This document shows positions 18,125 to 27,240 of a stretch of 33,251 bases of DNA, in pieces. How positions within the stretch are numbered: the stretch's first letter is position 1; every line of letters begins with the position of its first letter. The notes beneath the pieces were generated by a model. It did no database searches. It had not been told where the DNA came from and worked only from the letters and a program-made list of their open reading frames with translations. The stretch is from the NCBI GenBank assembly GCA_964510165.1, contig CAZEBC010000023.1, forward strand, positions 1-33,251, in the 5' to 3' direction. Origin of the DNA: an uncultured bacterium (GTDB lineage Bacteria > Abyssobacteria > SURF-5). The translations under genes and the position numbers were made by a program.

Positions 18125-19078
18125 ATGGAAAGCGTAGTGGAAAAGTGGACTGCGAAGGTGAATACCGTCACTCTCGGCGCCACAAAGGCGCAAGGAGGCA
18201 CTCGCGAGAAGACGGTCACGGTCGGCGGAAGCAACACTTTGCCTTATCTCAACTTCGAAGGCGCCTGGCCGAACCCCCCGGCGGTCGCCATCGAGATATG
18301 GGACATAAAGCCGCAGGAATGGCCGACGCCCCTGGCCGACGCCTATTCCGATGTGTGGGGCGATCCCGCAAAATGGGCGAAGCGGGCGGTCGAGAATGGC
18401 GCGGACCTGATATGTCTTACCCTGAAGGGTATTCACCCCGATTTCGGGAACCGCTCCCCCGATGAAGCGGCGGGTGTGGTGAAGGATGTCCTCAAGGCGG
18501 TCGGCGTTCCCCTCATCATCTGGGGCAGCGGCGATTTCGACAAGGATAACAACGTGATGCCGCGCGTGAGCGAGGCCGCCAAGGGCGAGAACTGCCTGTT
18601 GGGAACGGCCGTCGAGAAGAATTACAAGACGCTCACCGCTTCTTGCCTGGCCGACGGACACAAGATCATCGGCGAGTCCCCGCTCGACATCAATATTGCC
18701 AAGCAGGTCAACATCCTTATCTCCGAAATGGGCCTCAAACTTGAGGACATCGTCATATTTCCGGCTACCGGCGCGCTCGGCTACGGCATGGAGTACAGCT
18801 ACTCCATCATGGAACGCGGGCGGATCGCCGGCCTATCGGGCGACCGCATGCTGTCACAGCCGGTCATCTGCACGGTCGGTCAGGAAAGCTGGCGCGCGAA
18901 AGAGGCCAAAGGCTCCGAGCAAGAGTTTCCGTCATGGGGCGCATTGAGCAAGAGAGGCCCGCTGTGGGAAGCCACGTGCGCGGCCACCCTCTTGCAGGCG
19001 GGCGGCGAGATATTCATCATGCGTCATCCAGACGCGGTCAAGAGCTTCAAAGCTTTGATAAAAGAATTCACCTCGTAA
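18125..19078 (+). CDS. acsD: Corrinoid iron-sulfur protein small subunit
   Basis: ESPLDINIAKQVN, ALGYGMEYSYSIMER, MRHP. Confidence 0.94.
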   Translation: MESVVEKWTAKVNTVTLGATKAQGGTREKTVTVGGSNTLPYLNFEGAWPNPPAVAIEIWDIKPQEWPTPLADAYSDVWGDPAKWAKRAVENGADLICLTLKGIHPDFGNRSPDEAAGVVKDVLKAVGVPLIIWGSGDFDKDNNVMPRVSEAAKGENCLLGTAVEKNYKTLTASCLADGHKIIGESPLDINIAKQVNILISEMGLKLEDIVIFPATGALGYGMEYSYSIMERGRIAGLSGDRMLSQPVICTVGQESWRAKEAKGSEQEFPSWGALSKRGPLWEATCAATLLQAGGEIFIMRHPDAVKSFKALIKEFTS

Positions 19079-19132
19079 AATCGAACAACGCGCCCACAGG
19101 GTCGCGGAGAGAATGCGCGTAAGGAGGAGAGA

Positions 19133-19936
19133 ATGTTCGTAATCGGCGAGAGACTCAACGGCATGTTCCTGGATGTTCGCAAGGGAATCCAGACCAAAGA
19201 TAAGTCGATCATCCACAAGGTCGCGCTTGACCAGGTCAAAGCAGGCGCCAACGCCCTCGACATCAATGTGGGCCCTGCCTCCGACAAGCCCCTCGAAACG
19301 ATGTTATGGCTTGTCGAGACCGTGCAGGAAGTGACCAACATAACGCTCAGCATCGACAGCCCCAAATTCGAGGTCGTGAAGGCCGCCCTCGAGGTCTGCA
19401 AGAACCCCGCCCTGATCAACTCCACTAAAGGGCAAGAGGACAGGCTGGACAAATACTTCGAGCTCGCAAAAAAACACAACGCCTCGATCATCGGTCTCAC
19501 CATCAATGAGAAGGGAATCCCGAAGGACATTGACACCCGCGTCGAGATCGCGGCCCTTATCGCCGCCAAGGCGATGGAGCACGGGATCGACATGGACAAG
19601 CTCTTCATTGACCCGATCGTGATGCCCATCAACGTCGCGCAAGAGCAGTCCAAGATCGTGCTCGAGGCCATCAAACAGTTCGGGCTCCTGAGCAGTCCCC
19701 CGCCGCACATCGTCGTCGGACTGAGCAACCTCGGGCAAGGCGCGGCCGAGAGAGAACTCATCACTCGCACCTGGGTGGTCATGGCCATCCAGAACGGGCT
19801 TGATGCCGCCATCATGGACGCAGCCGACAAGGAAATGGCGGCTGCCTTCATCACCGCCGAACTCCTGATGAGCAAGGCGATCTACAGCGATTCCTACATC
19901 AAGGCTTATCACGCCAGCCACGACCACGCGGCGTAA
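19133..19936 (+). CDS. acsE: Methyl-THF:corrinoid Fe-S protein methyltransferase
   Basis: IGERLNGMF, LDINVG, SIDS, INST, FIDP, GLSN, GLDAAI pterin-binding barrel motifs; follows acsD. Confidence 0.93.
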   Translation: MFVIGERLNGMFLDVRKGIQTKDKSIIHKVALDQVKAGANALDINVGPASDKPLETMLWLVETVQEVTNITLSIDSPKFEVVKAALEVCKNPALINSTKGQEDRLDKYFELAKKHNASIIGLTINEKGIPKDIDTRVEIAALIAAKAMEHGIDMDKLFIDPIVMPINVAQEQSKIVLEAIKQFGLLSSPPPHIVVGLSNLGQGAAERELITRTWVVMAIQNGLDAAIMDAADKEMAAAFITAELLMSKAIYSDSYIKAYHASHDHAA

Positions 19937-19963
19937 CAAGGCGTGAGGCGAAAACAGGCAATG

Positions 19964-19998
19964 CGTGGCGGGATAGGTTCCCGCCACGATTTGCTTTC
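19964..19998 (+). terminator. Probable intrinsic terminator after acsE (imperfect U-tract)
   Basis: CGTGGCGGGA-taggt-TCCCGCCACG followed by ATTTGCTTTC. Confidence 0.5.
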
Positions 19999-20023
19999 AC
20001 AGGCATAACGGGAGGTGCTCCGC

Positions 20024-20443
20024 TTGGCCAAGGGACAAAAAGAAACCACGCTCGCAATAGTCAAGCCCGACGGCTTCCAGAAACGGCTCGTCGGAAAAAC
20101 CATTCAGCGTTATGAAGAGGCCGGGCTGACCCTTGAGGCGATACAGCGGCTCGTACTCAGCCGCAAGAAGGCCGAGGGCTTTTACGCCGTCCACAAGGAG
20201 CGGCCCTTCTTCCCCTCACTTATCGAGTTCATGACCTCCGGCCCGTGCGTAGTCATGGCATGGAGCGGGGAGGGGGCGATTGATAGAGTGCGCGAACTCA
20301 ACGGAGCGACCGATCCCAAGAAGGCGGCCCCGGGCACGATCCGCGCGCTCTGGGGCGAGAGCATTCAGAACAATATCGTGCACGGCTCCGACAGCGCCGA
20401 GACTGCCCGCTTCGAGGTCAACTACTTTTTTCCCAAACTGTGA
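20024..20443 (+). CDS. ndk: Nucleoside diphosphate kinase
   Basis: IVKPDG, FMTSGP, GATDP..APGTIR, NIVHGSDS. TTG 20024 lies 8 nt after GGAGG. Confidence 0.96.
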   Translation: MAKGQKETTLAIVKPDGFQKRLVGKTIQRYEEAGLTLEAIQRLVLSRKKAEGFYAVHKERPFFPSLIEFMTSGPCVVMAWSGEGAIDRVRELNGATDPKKAAPGTIRALWGESIQNNIVHGSDSAETARFEVNYFFPKL

Positions 20444-20450
20444 TTTATCA

Positions 20451-20477
20451 GTAGGGGCCGCTCCGCGGAGCGGCCCC
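20451..20477 (+). repeat. GTAG-footed REP-like palindrome
   Basis: GTA followed by the perfect 24-bp palindrome GGGGCCGCTCCGCGGAGCGGCCCC. Confidence 0.65.
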
Positions 20478-20548
20478 CGCATCAACTTTTAAGCACGGGC
20501 CTTGAACCGGGTCCGCAATTTGTGCCTCACCCCGCCGAAACTTTTCTC

Positions 20549-20578
20549 TTGAAACTCCCGTACAGAAACGATTATAAT
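20549..20578 (+). promoter_or_regulatory. sigma70-type promoter upstream of the acyl-CoA dehydrogenase
   Basis: TTGAAA (20549-54), 18 bp, TATAAT (20573-78). Confidence 0.65.
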
Positions 20579-20631
20579 ACGCGCCAGAACCGAGATCCGT
20601 GTGACGCTCGTCTCCCGTGGAGGAAGCTGCA

Positions 20632-21894
20632 ATGATAGACTTCGAACTGCCTGAAAGGATAGTAGCTGAACGGGACAAGATGCGCGCTCTCGCCGCCAAA
20701 CACATGCGCCCTATTGCAAGGGAATACGATGAGCGAGAGCATGAGAAGCCGTGGGACTTCATCAATTTCATGTGGGAGGACACCAAGAAGGAAATGGCCG
20801 AGCAGCTCAAGGCTCTTGAACAGACCGATGAAGAGCGCGCTCAGGCGAGGAAGGAGAGTTTCAAACGGGCTGGCGGTCAGCCGATGGTCTTGAGCGCCAT
20901 CCTGCGCGAGGAGAGCTCATGGGGCGACGCCGGCATCAGCCTGTGCAGGCCCGGCATCGGACTGGGCGGGGCCGCCATCAACGCGGTCGGCACGCCCGAG
21001 CAGAAGAAGCGGTTCTTCTCGCGGTTCACTGAAGGTCCTCCCAAGTGGGGCGCCATGGCCATCACCGAAGCCAACGCCGGCTCCGATACGGCGGCCATCA
21101 CTTGTTCCGCAGTCCGTGACGGCGACTCCTGGGTGCTCAACGGAGAGAAGATATTCGTGACCAGCGGCAAGATGGCCGCTCAGGAGAGCGACGGATGGGT
21201 GGTCGTCTGGGCGACCATTGACAAGTCGGCAGGCCGCGCGGGCATCAAGAGCTTCGTCGTCGAAAAAGGCACGCCCGGCATGACCGTCACCAAGGTCGAG
21301 CACAAGCTCGGCATCCGTGCCTCCGATACCGCCACGATCGTGTTCGAGGACTGCAGGATTCCGCTTAACAACATTCTTGGCGCTCCAGAGGTTCAGCAGC
21401 GCGACACCACCAAGGGATTCAAGGGAGTGATGGCCACCTTCGACGCCACGCGCCCCGGCGTTGCGGCAAGCGCCATCGGAATCGGCCGCGCCGCGCTCGA
21501 GTTCGTCAAAGAAAAACTGGCCGAGCAGGGAATCGAAGTTCGTTACGGAATCTCTCCGTACAGGATGACCTCGGTCGAGCGGGACGTGCACAGCATGGAG
21601 GCCAACCTCAAGGCCGCGCGTCTGCTCACCTGGCGCGCCTCATGGATGCTCGACCGCCGCGAACGCAACAGCCTCGAGGCCTCGATGGCCAAGGCCAAGG
21701 CCGGGCTCGCCGTCACTCACATCTGCCAGAAGGCAGTCGAGCTGATGGGTCCGCTCGGTTATTCGCGCGAATACCTGCTCGAGAAATGGATGCGCGACTG
21801 CAAGATCAACGACATCTTTGAGGGAACCGGTCAGATCAACATGCTCATTGTCGCCCGGAATATTCTCGGCTTCGGCAGAGACCAATTGAAATGA
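20632..21894 (+). CDS. Acyl-CoA dehydrogenase
   Basis: AITEANAGSD, LNGEKIFVT, KLGIRASDT, GYSREYLLEKWMRD, IFEGTGQI; ATG after GGAGG. Confidence 0.93.
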   Translation: MIDFELPERIVAERDKMRALAAKHMRPIAREYDEREHEKPWDFINFMWEDTKKEMAEQLKALEQTDEERAQARKESFKRAGGQPMVLSAILREESSWGDAGISLCRPGIGLGGAAINAVGTPEQKKRFFSRFTEGPPKWGAMAITEANAGSDTAAITCSAVRDGDSWVLNGEKIFVTSGKMAAQESDGWVVVWATIDKSAGRAGIKSFVVEKGTPGMTVTKVEHKLGIRASDTATIVFEDCRIPLNNILGAPEVQQRDTTKGFKGVMATFDATRPGVAASAIGIGRAALEFVKEKLAEQGIEVRYGISPYRMTSVERDVHSMEANLKAARLLTWRASWMLDRRERNSLEASMAKAKAGLAVTHICQKAVELMGPLGYSREYLLEKWMRDCKINDIFEGTGQINMLIVARNILGFGRDQLK

Positions 21895-21926
21895 GCATGC
21901 GGCCGGTGGACAATAGCCATATTTCA

Positions 21927-21954
21927 GTAAAGGCGGTTCGCGAACCGCCCCTCC
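21927..21954 (+). repeat. Degenerate GTAG-type REP-like palindrome
   Basis: GTAAA-GGCGGTTCGCGAACCGCC-CCTCC. Confidence 0.6.
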
Positions 21955-21988
21955 AATTTTAAGGACCCCATACCGCGCGAGACATCCC

Positions 21989-23299
21989 ATGAACGAGATC
22001 AACTGGAACGACGTAACCAAAGAAGCTACCGCCTGTCTCGTCAACCTGATCAAGTTCGACACCACCAACCCTCCCGGCAACGAACTCGAGTGCGTACAAT
22101 ACATTGCCAACCTGTGCTCGAAGGAAGGCATTGAACCGGTTGTCCTCGAATCGGCGCCACGCAGGGGAAACGTGATTGCTCGACTGCGCGGCGATGGCTC
22201 CAAGAAGCCCCTCTTACTGATGTCCCACCTTGACGTCGTGTACGCCGAACCCTCGCGCTGGACTGTTCCGCCCTTCTCGGGCGAAATCCGCGACGGTTTC
22301 ATATGGGGCAGGGGAACGCTCGACACTAAGGGCCTCACCGTCATGCACCTCATGTCCATGTTCCTGCTGAAGCGGCGGGCCGCTCGTCTCAAGAGGGACA
22401 TCATCTTCATGGCCAACGCCGATGAGGAAACCGGCGGCAAATATGGGGCTGGCTGGGTCGTTGACAATCATTTCGACAAGATTCGAGCTGAATTCGCGCT
22501 AAACGAGGGCGGCGTCGGCATGAAGACGAACGACAAGGCCATGTTCCTGTGCGCGAACGCGGAAAAGGGAATGTGTTGGGCGCGAATGCACATGAAGGGA
22601 CGCTCCGGACACGGCTCTCTGCCGCATCCTGACAACGCTGTCCTTCACATGGCCAAGGCCATTCATACTCTCTCACGGTATCGTTCTCCGATAACCGTGA
22701 CGGACACGTTTCGGCGGTTCGCGGCAGCAGCCGCCAAATTGGATTCAAGGGCGCGCCTGCTGAAATTCATTGACAAGCCCCTTCTCGGCCGATTGATCCT
22801 CCGCCTCGTCAAAGAGGATTTCATCAAGGTCATGGTGCAGACAACGATAACTCCCACGGTAATCAAAGGGGGAGTGAAGGTGAATATCATACCGGATGCG
22901 TGCGACTTGATGCTTGACTGCAGGATTACTCCCGGAGTGGACCGTGAAGGGCTCGAACGAGTGATACTTCAGCGGGTCGGCGCGGACAAGGCGACTCTCG
23001 ATTTCGAGATATTCAACGCCGCTACCGAATCTCCCGTAGATACGGAACTGTTCGCCTCCGTCGAGCGGGTGATTTCCTCAATGCACCCCGGCAGCGTAGT
23101 CTCTCCTCAGATGGTGCCCGGCGGCACAGACTCACGGTACTTGAGAAACAAGGGCATTCCCGCCTACGGATTTAATCCGGTGATCCTCAGCCGGGAGGAC
23201 ATTGTCTCGATTCACGGTGATAACGAAAAACTTTCCTTCGATAACCTGGCGCTCGGCCTGCGGGGCATGCACGAAATCGTGTCCGAAATCTGCCTGTGA
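21989..23299 (+). CDS. M20/M25/M40 family metallopeptidase/amidohydrolase
   Basis: SHLDVV, GRGTLDTKG, ADEE, NEGG, GHGS, GGTDSR, IHGDNE. Confidence 0.9.
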   Translation: MNEINWNDVTKEATACLVNLIKFDTTNPPGNELECVQYIANLCSKEGIEPVVLESAPRRGNVIARLRGDGSKKPLLLMSHLDVVYAEPSRWTVPPFSGEIRDGFIWGRGTLDTKGLTVMHLMSMFLLKRRAARLKRDIIFMANADEETGGKYGAGWVVDNHFDKIRAEFALNEGGVGMKTNDKAMFLCANAEKGMCWARMHMKGRSGHGSLPHPDNAVLHMAKAIHTLSRYRSPITVTDTFRRFAAAAAKLDSRARLLKFIDKPLLGRLILRLVKEDFIKVMVQTTITPTVIKGGVKVNIIPDACDLMLDCRITPGVDREGLERVILQRVGADKATLDFEIFNAATESPVDTELFASVERVISSMHPGSVVSPQMVPGGTDSRYLRNKGIPAYGFNPVILSREDIVSIHGDNEKLSFDNLALGLRGMHEIVSEICL

Positions 23300-23336
23300 A
23301 TCGTCCCAAAGACTTGAAACAAAAGTAGTTGCAACT

Positions 23337-23365
23337 TTGACATCGCCTTCGGTATATGTTAGAAT
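23337..23365 (+). promoter_or_regulatory. sigma70-type promoter upstream of the PilB/GspE ATPase
   Basis: TTGACA (23337-42), 17 bp, TAGAAT (23360-65), with extended -10 TG. Confidence 0.7.
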
Positions 23366-23436
23366 GTTTTCGAGGCGGTGGACACAATTGAATAAGTGGT
23401 TTGATTCGCCTGTCTAAAGAGCAAGAGGAAGAAAAG

Positions 23437-24687
23437 ATGCCGGTAATCGACCGAAAACTTGAGCTTTCCGAGATTCAGAGGCTTTTGATTCACAGGCTCG
23501 TAAACGAAGACGCGGAGATAAGCGAAGTGGTCGATGTGGTGATCGAGCAAGGCACGCGACACAAGGCAAGCGATATCCATTTTGAGGCGTATAAGGATAT
23601 CCTGCGAATCAGATACCGCATTGACGGCTTTTTCCGGGATGTGCTCACGCTGCCCGCCGAACACCATGAACGGCTTATCGCTCGTCTGAAGGTCATGGCA
23701 AACTTGAATGCTCATGAGAAAAACAAGCCGCAGGACGGCCGTATCTCGACGGATATCGGAAACAAGCGGGTGGACTTCAGGATAAGCACGGTTCCCACCG
23801 TTAACGGCGAGAAAGCGGTCGTAAGAGTATTTGATCCCACGCGGTTCATCTTCGACATTGATAAACTCGGTTTCTATCCGGAAACGCAGAAGAAATTCGA
23901 GGAAATGCTGATGAGCCTTCAGGGGTCAATCATTGTCGCCGGACCGACCGGAAGCGGAAAAACCACTACGCTTTATGCGGCGCTTCAGAAGCTCAGCAAG
24001 GTCCGGAGCGAGTGCGCGAGCATCATCACGATTGAGGACCCCGTCGAGGTCAATTTTGGCTTGTTTCCGCAGATGGAAGTCAAACGCAAACTCGGCCTTA
24101 CGTTTGCCGAATGCCTCCGGGCAGTCCTCCGGCAAGACCCGGAAGTCATAATGGTCGGGGAGATTCGGGACCCGGAAACGTGCGAAATAGCTATGAGGGC
24201 TGGACTTACGGGGCACCTGGTGCTTACATCGGTGCACAGTGGCGCTGCGAGCGAAGTGATAACACGAATCTTGGACATGGGTGTCGAACCGTTCATTGTA
24301 TCTTCATCTATCACGGCAGTGGTCGCTCAGCGTCTGGTGCGCCTCATATGCCCGAAATGCCGAGTCGCTTACCAACCGCCAGAATACATGCTCGAGACGC
24401 TCAAGAAATGGTTCGGCTCTGAACAGACCAGGCTCTTGAAAGGCTCGGGATGCAGCCGGTGCAACCACAGTGGGTACATGGGTCGGACGATCATACTCGA
24501 GATGCTCTCGATGAGCGATAAAATGCGATCGGCCATAACGGCCAAGGCTAGCACCAACGAGCTCAACAAGGCGGCCCGAGAGGACGGAATGATTTCCCTG
24601 TTCGAAGACGGCCTTCGTAAAGTCAGAGATGGACGCACGACGGTCGAAGAAGTGCTTCGTGCCGTCGGTACCGAGGCATATCAGTAA
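23437..24687 (+). CDS. PilB/GspE-family secretion/pilus assembly ATPase lacking the N-terminal domain
   Basis: ASDIHFE, PQDGR, Walker A GPTGSGKTT, TIEDPVE, LRQDPEVIMVGEIRD, GHLV, CPKC..CSRC Zn site. ATG 23437 preferred to TTG 23401. Confidence 0.88.
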   Translation: MPVIDRKLELSEIQRLLIHRLVNEDAEISEVVDVVIEQGTRHKASDIHFEAYKDILRIRYRIDGFFRDVLTLPAEHHERLIARLKVMANLNAHEKNKPQDGRISTDIGNKRVDFRISTVPTVNGEKAVVRVFDPTRFIFDIDKLGFYPETQKKFEEMLMSLQGSIIVAGPTGSGKTTTLYAALQKLSKVRSECASIITIEDPVEVNFGLFPQMEVKRKLGLTFAECLRAVLRQDPEVIMVGEIRDPETCEIAMRAGLTGHLVLTSVHSGAASEVITRILDMGVEPFIVSSSITAVVAQRLVRLICPKCRVAYQPPEYMLETLKKWFGSEQTRLLKGSGCSRCNHSGYMGRTIILEMLSMSDKMRSAITAKASTNELNKAAREDGMISLFEDGLRKVRDGRTTVEEVLRAVGTEAYQ

Positions 24688-24724
24688 TAAAATATTCTGA
24701 TTCCCCTGAAGGGAGGTAAAGATA

Positions 24725-25183
24725 ATGAAAAGGAAGATACTGTTAACGCTTGCCGCCTTGTTCCTGGCGGGCATCCTGGTCAGTTGTACAACTACCGAAA
24801 AGGGGGCGCTGCTCGGAGGCGGAATAGGGGCCGGCACCGGCGCCATCATTGGCCATCAGACCGGACATGGCGGAGAGGGCGCTTTGATAGGTGGCGCAAT
24901 AGGGGCGCTTTCGGGCGGCTTGATCGGACATGAAATCGACAAGAGCCGCGCTCAGCCACCGCCACCTCCACCGCCGCCACCGCCGCCACCACCGCCGCCA
25001 CCACCGCCGCCAGCGCCGGGTGGAACCTACTACTATTACTATCAGAGCGGAGACACGTACCAGGGCCAGCATGACTCGCAAGGGCGCAGATGGGTGCCTG
25101 AGCATGAGGAAACTCGAGTCTACACCGAGCCGGATGGCACCAAGTATGAAAAGCGAGTTGTAGTGCCGGGACACTATGAATGA
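24725..25183 (+). CDS. Lipoprotein with glycine zipper and a 19-residue polyproline tract
   Basis: GGAGGT RBS; lipobox LVS-C21; GALLGGGIGAGTGAIIG and GALIGGAIGALSGGLIG. Confidence 0.8.
   Translation: MKRKILLTLAALFLAGILVSCTTTEKGALLGGGIGAGTGAIIGHQTGHGGEGALIGGAIGALSGGLIGHEIDKSRAQPPPPPPPPPPPPPPPPPPPAPGGTYYYYYQSGDTYQGQHDSQGRRWVPEHEETRVYTEPDGTKYEKRVVVPGHYE
24956..25012 (+). repeat. (CCN)19 coding repeat
   Basis: 19 consecutive Pro codons, mostly CCA/CCG. Confidence 0.9.
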
Positions 25184-25262
25184 GCGATCGGGGCTGTGCG
25201 TTGAAGATAAGTGCCGTCTTGAACCATAGCCCTCTTCTCTCTTCAGCCCATGTGTGATTGTT

Positions 25263-25289
25263 GTAGAGGCAGGCCCACGCGCCTGCCCT
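25263..25289 (+). repeat. GTAG-footed REP-like palindrome
   Basis: GTAGA-GGCAGGC-ccacgc-GCCTGCC-CT. Confidence 0.6.
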
Positions 25290-25337
25290 GCTCTTCTTGA
25301 ACGACAAACGTTTCTTCGTTTGGGCTTTTGACCGCCA

Positions 25338-26210
25338 ATGAGCGATCATCCGACCGGACCTCATACACCCGTGGCCGCCGCATTTGCAGCTCTTCATGAA
25401 CTGGCGGCGTATTTGCGCGGCGAACACGGGTGCCCTTGGGACAGAAAACAGACGTTGCCTAGCATGTACCCGTATCTCGGCAGTGAGGCCGCAGAACTCG
25501 GCGAAGCGATCGAGAAGGGCGACCATGAGGGGATCACCGAGGAGTGGGGCGATGTCATCTTCATACTCCTCATGCTTGCCGTGATAGCCGAGCAAACGGG
25601 CCATTTCAGCGCCGAGCGGGCCATGCGCACGGTCGAAAGCAAGATGATACGGCGTCACCCGCACGTCTTTGGCAGGAGCCGCGTCGGCCAGGTCGGCGAG
25701 ATAATCGACCAGTGGCAGAAAATCAAGGAGCAGGAGAAACGCGGCGACTCCGGCTCGCTCATGGACAATGTCCCCCATTTCTATTCCGCTCTCAAACGAG
25801 CCGAACATATCCAAAAGGCGGCGGCCGGCGTCGGCTTCGACTGGTCTAACCCGCATGATATAATAAAGAAGATCGAAGAAGAGACTGAGGAACTGCGGCA
25901 GGCGCTTGCCTCCGACAAACCTGATGCGGCCGCCGAGGAATTGGGTGATCTCCTGTTTTCATGCGTCAACCTGGTCAGGTTCATCGGATTGAATCCCGAG
26001 GCGCTCCTCAGTCGAACTACCGACAAATTCATCGAACGCTTCAAATACATAGAGTCGCAACTTCTTCAGTCCGGCAAATCCGTCCGGCAAGCAACCTTGA
26101 AAGAAATGGATGAACTCTGGGAGAGATTCAAGCAGCACAAGCGTTCGGTAGAGGAGCGGCAGGACGCTGTCGGAAACGAAACACCACACCCCGAGGAGAA
26201 ACATGATTGA
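25338..26210 (+). CDS. mazG: Nucleoside triphosphate pyrophosphohydrolase MazG (tandem domain)
   Basis: [42 protein letters not shown]; start codon uncertain. Confidence 0.92.
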   Translation: MSDHPTGPHTPVAAAFAALHELAAYLRGEHGCPWDRKQTLPSMYPYLGSEAAELGEAIEKGDHEGITEEWGDVIFILLMLAVIAEQTGHFSAERAMRTVESKMIRRHPHVFGRSRVGQVGEIIDQWQKIKEQEKRGDSGSLMDNVPHFYSALKRAEHIQKAAAGVGFDWSNPHDIIKKIEEETEELRQALASDKPDAAAEELGDLLFSCVNLVRFIGLNPEALLSRTTDKFIERFKYIESQLLQSGKSVRQATLKEMDELWERFKQHKRSVEERQDAVGNETPHPEEKHD

Positions 26211-27231
26211 CCTGCGAAGCGACACCGTGACCAAACCGTCCGAAGGCATGCGCCGCGCCATGGCTGTGGCCGAGGTCGGCGATGATGTTTTCGGAGAGGA
26301 CCCCACCGTCAATGCCCTGCAGGAACGCGTCGCCGCGATGCTCGGCAAGGAATCCGCTCTCTTCGTGCCCTCCGGCACCATGGCAAACCAGATATCTCTC
26401 CTCGCGCATGCCAGGCCCGGTGACGAGATAATACTTGAGCGCGGCTCGCATGTGCTTAATCATGAGGCCGGTGGGCTGGCGGCGCTCGCCGGAGTGCAGC
26501 CGTTTGTGCTCGAGGGCGATCGCGGAATCCTCGAACCCGAAGAGGTTGATCGCTCGATCCGATTCTCGGATGTCCATTTTCCGCCCACGGCCCTTATTTG
26601 GATCGAGAACACCCACAACCGTGGCGGCGGATCGGTGTTTCCCCTCGAAAAAATGAAGGCGATCAGGGACATCGCGACCAACTACGGCCTCAAGCTCCAT
26701 ATGGACGGCGCACGCTTATTCAATGCCTGTGTCGCATCCGACGTGCCGCCGGAGGAATACGCACGACAGGTCGATTCGCTCTCGTTCTGTTTCTCGAAGG
26801 GACTGGGAGCGCCCGTCGGCTCGATCCTCGCCGGCGGCGCCGAGTTCATCGCCCGCGCACATCGGTACCGAAAGATGCTCGGCGGCGGAATGAGGCAAGT
26901 CGGCATCCTGGCGGCTGCCGCCCTCTATGCGCTCGACCATAACATCGAGCGACTCGCTGAAGACCACAAGAACGCAGGACGCCTGGCTGAGGGACTCGAC
27001 CGGCTCGATGGAGTCCGCGTCATCATGCAGCCGGTTGAGACGAATATCGTCTATTTCGATGTCTCGGAGACCGGCAGGAACGCGCTCGAAATCATGAACG
27101 AGGCGCGCGAGCGCCAAGTTCTCGTGCTCCCCGAATCCTTCACGATCATCAGAGCGGTCACCCATCTCGAGATAGACGCCGATGACATCGAAAAGACCAT
27201 CGCCGCTTTCCGTGATATATTTAACAAGTAG
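26203..27231 (+). CDS. ltaE: Low-specificity L-threonine aldolase (PLP)
   Basis: [54 protein letters not shown]. Confidence 0.93.
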   Translation: MIDLRSDTVTKPSEGMRRAMAVAEVGDDVFGEDPTVNALQERVAAMLGKESALFVPSGTMANQISLLAHARPGDEIILERGSHVLNHEAGGLAALAGVQPFVLEGDRGILEPEEVDRSIRFSDVHFPPTALIWIENTHNRGGGSVFPLEKMKAIRDIATNYGLKLHMDGARLFNACVASDVPPEEYARQVDSLSFCFSKGLGAPVGSILAGGAEFIARAHRYRKMLGGGMRQVGILAAAALYALDHNIERLAEDHKNAGRLAEGLDRLDGVRVIMQPVETNIVYFDVSETGRNALEIMNEARERQVLVLPESFTIIRAVTHLEIDADDIEKTIAAFRDIFNK

Positions 27232-27240
27232 ACTGTCTGC

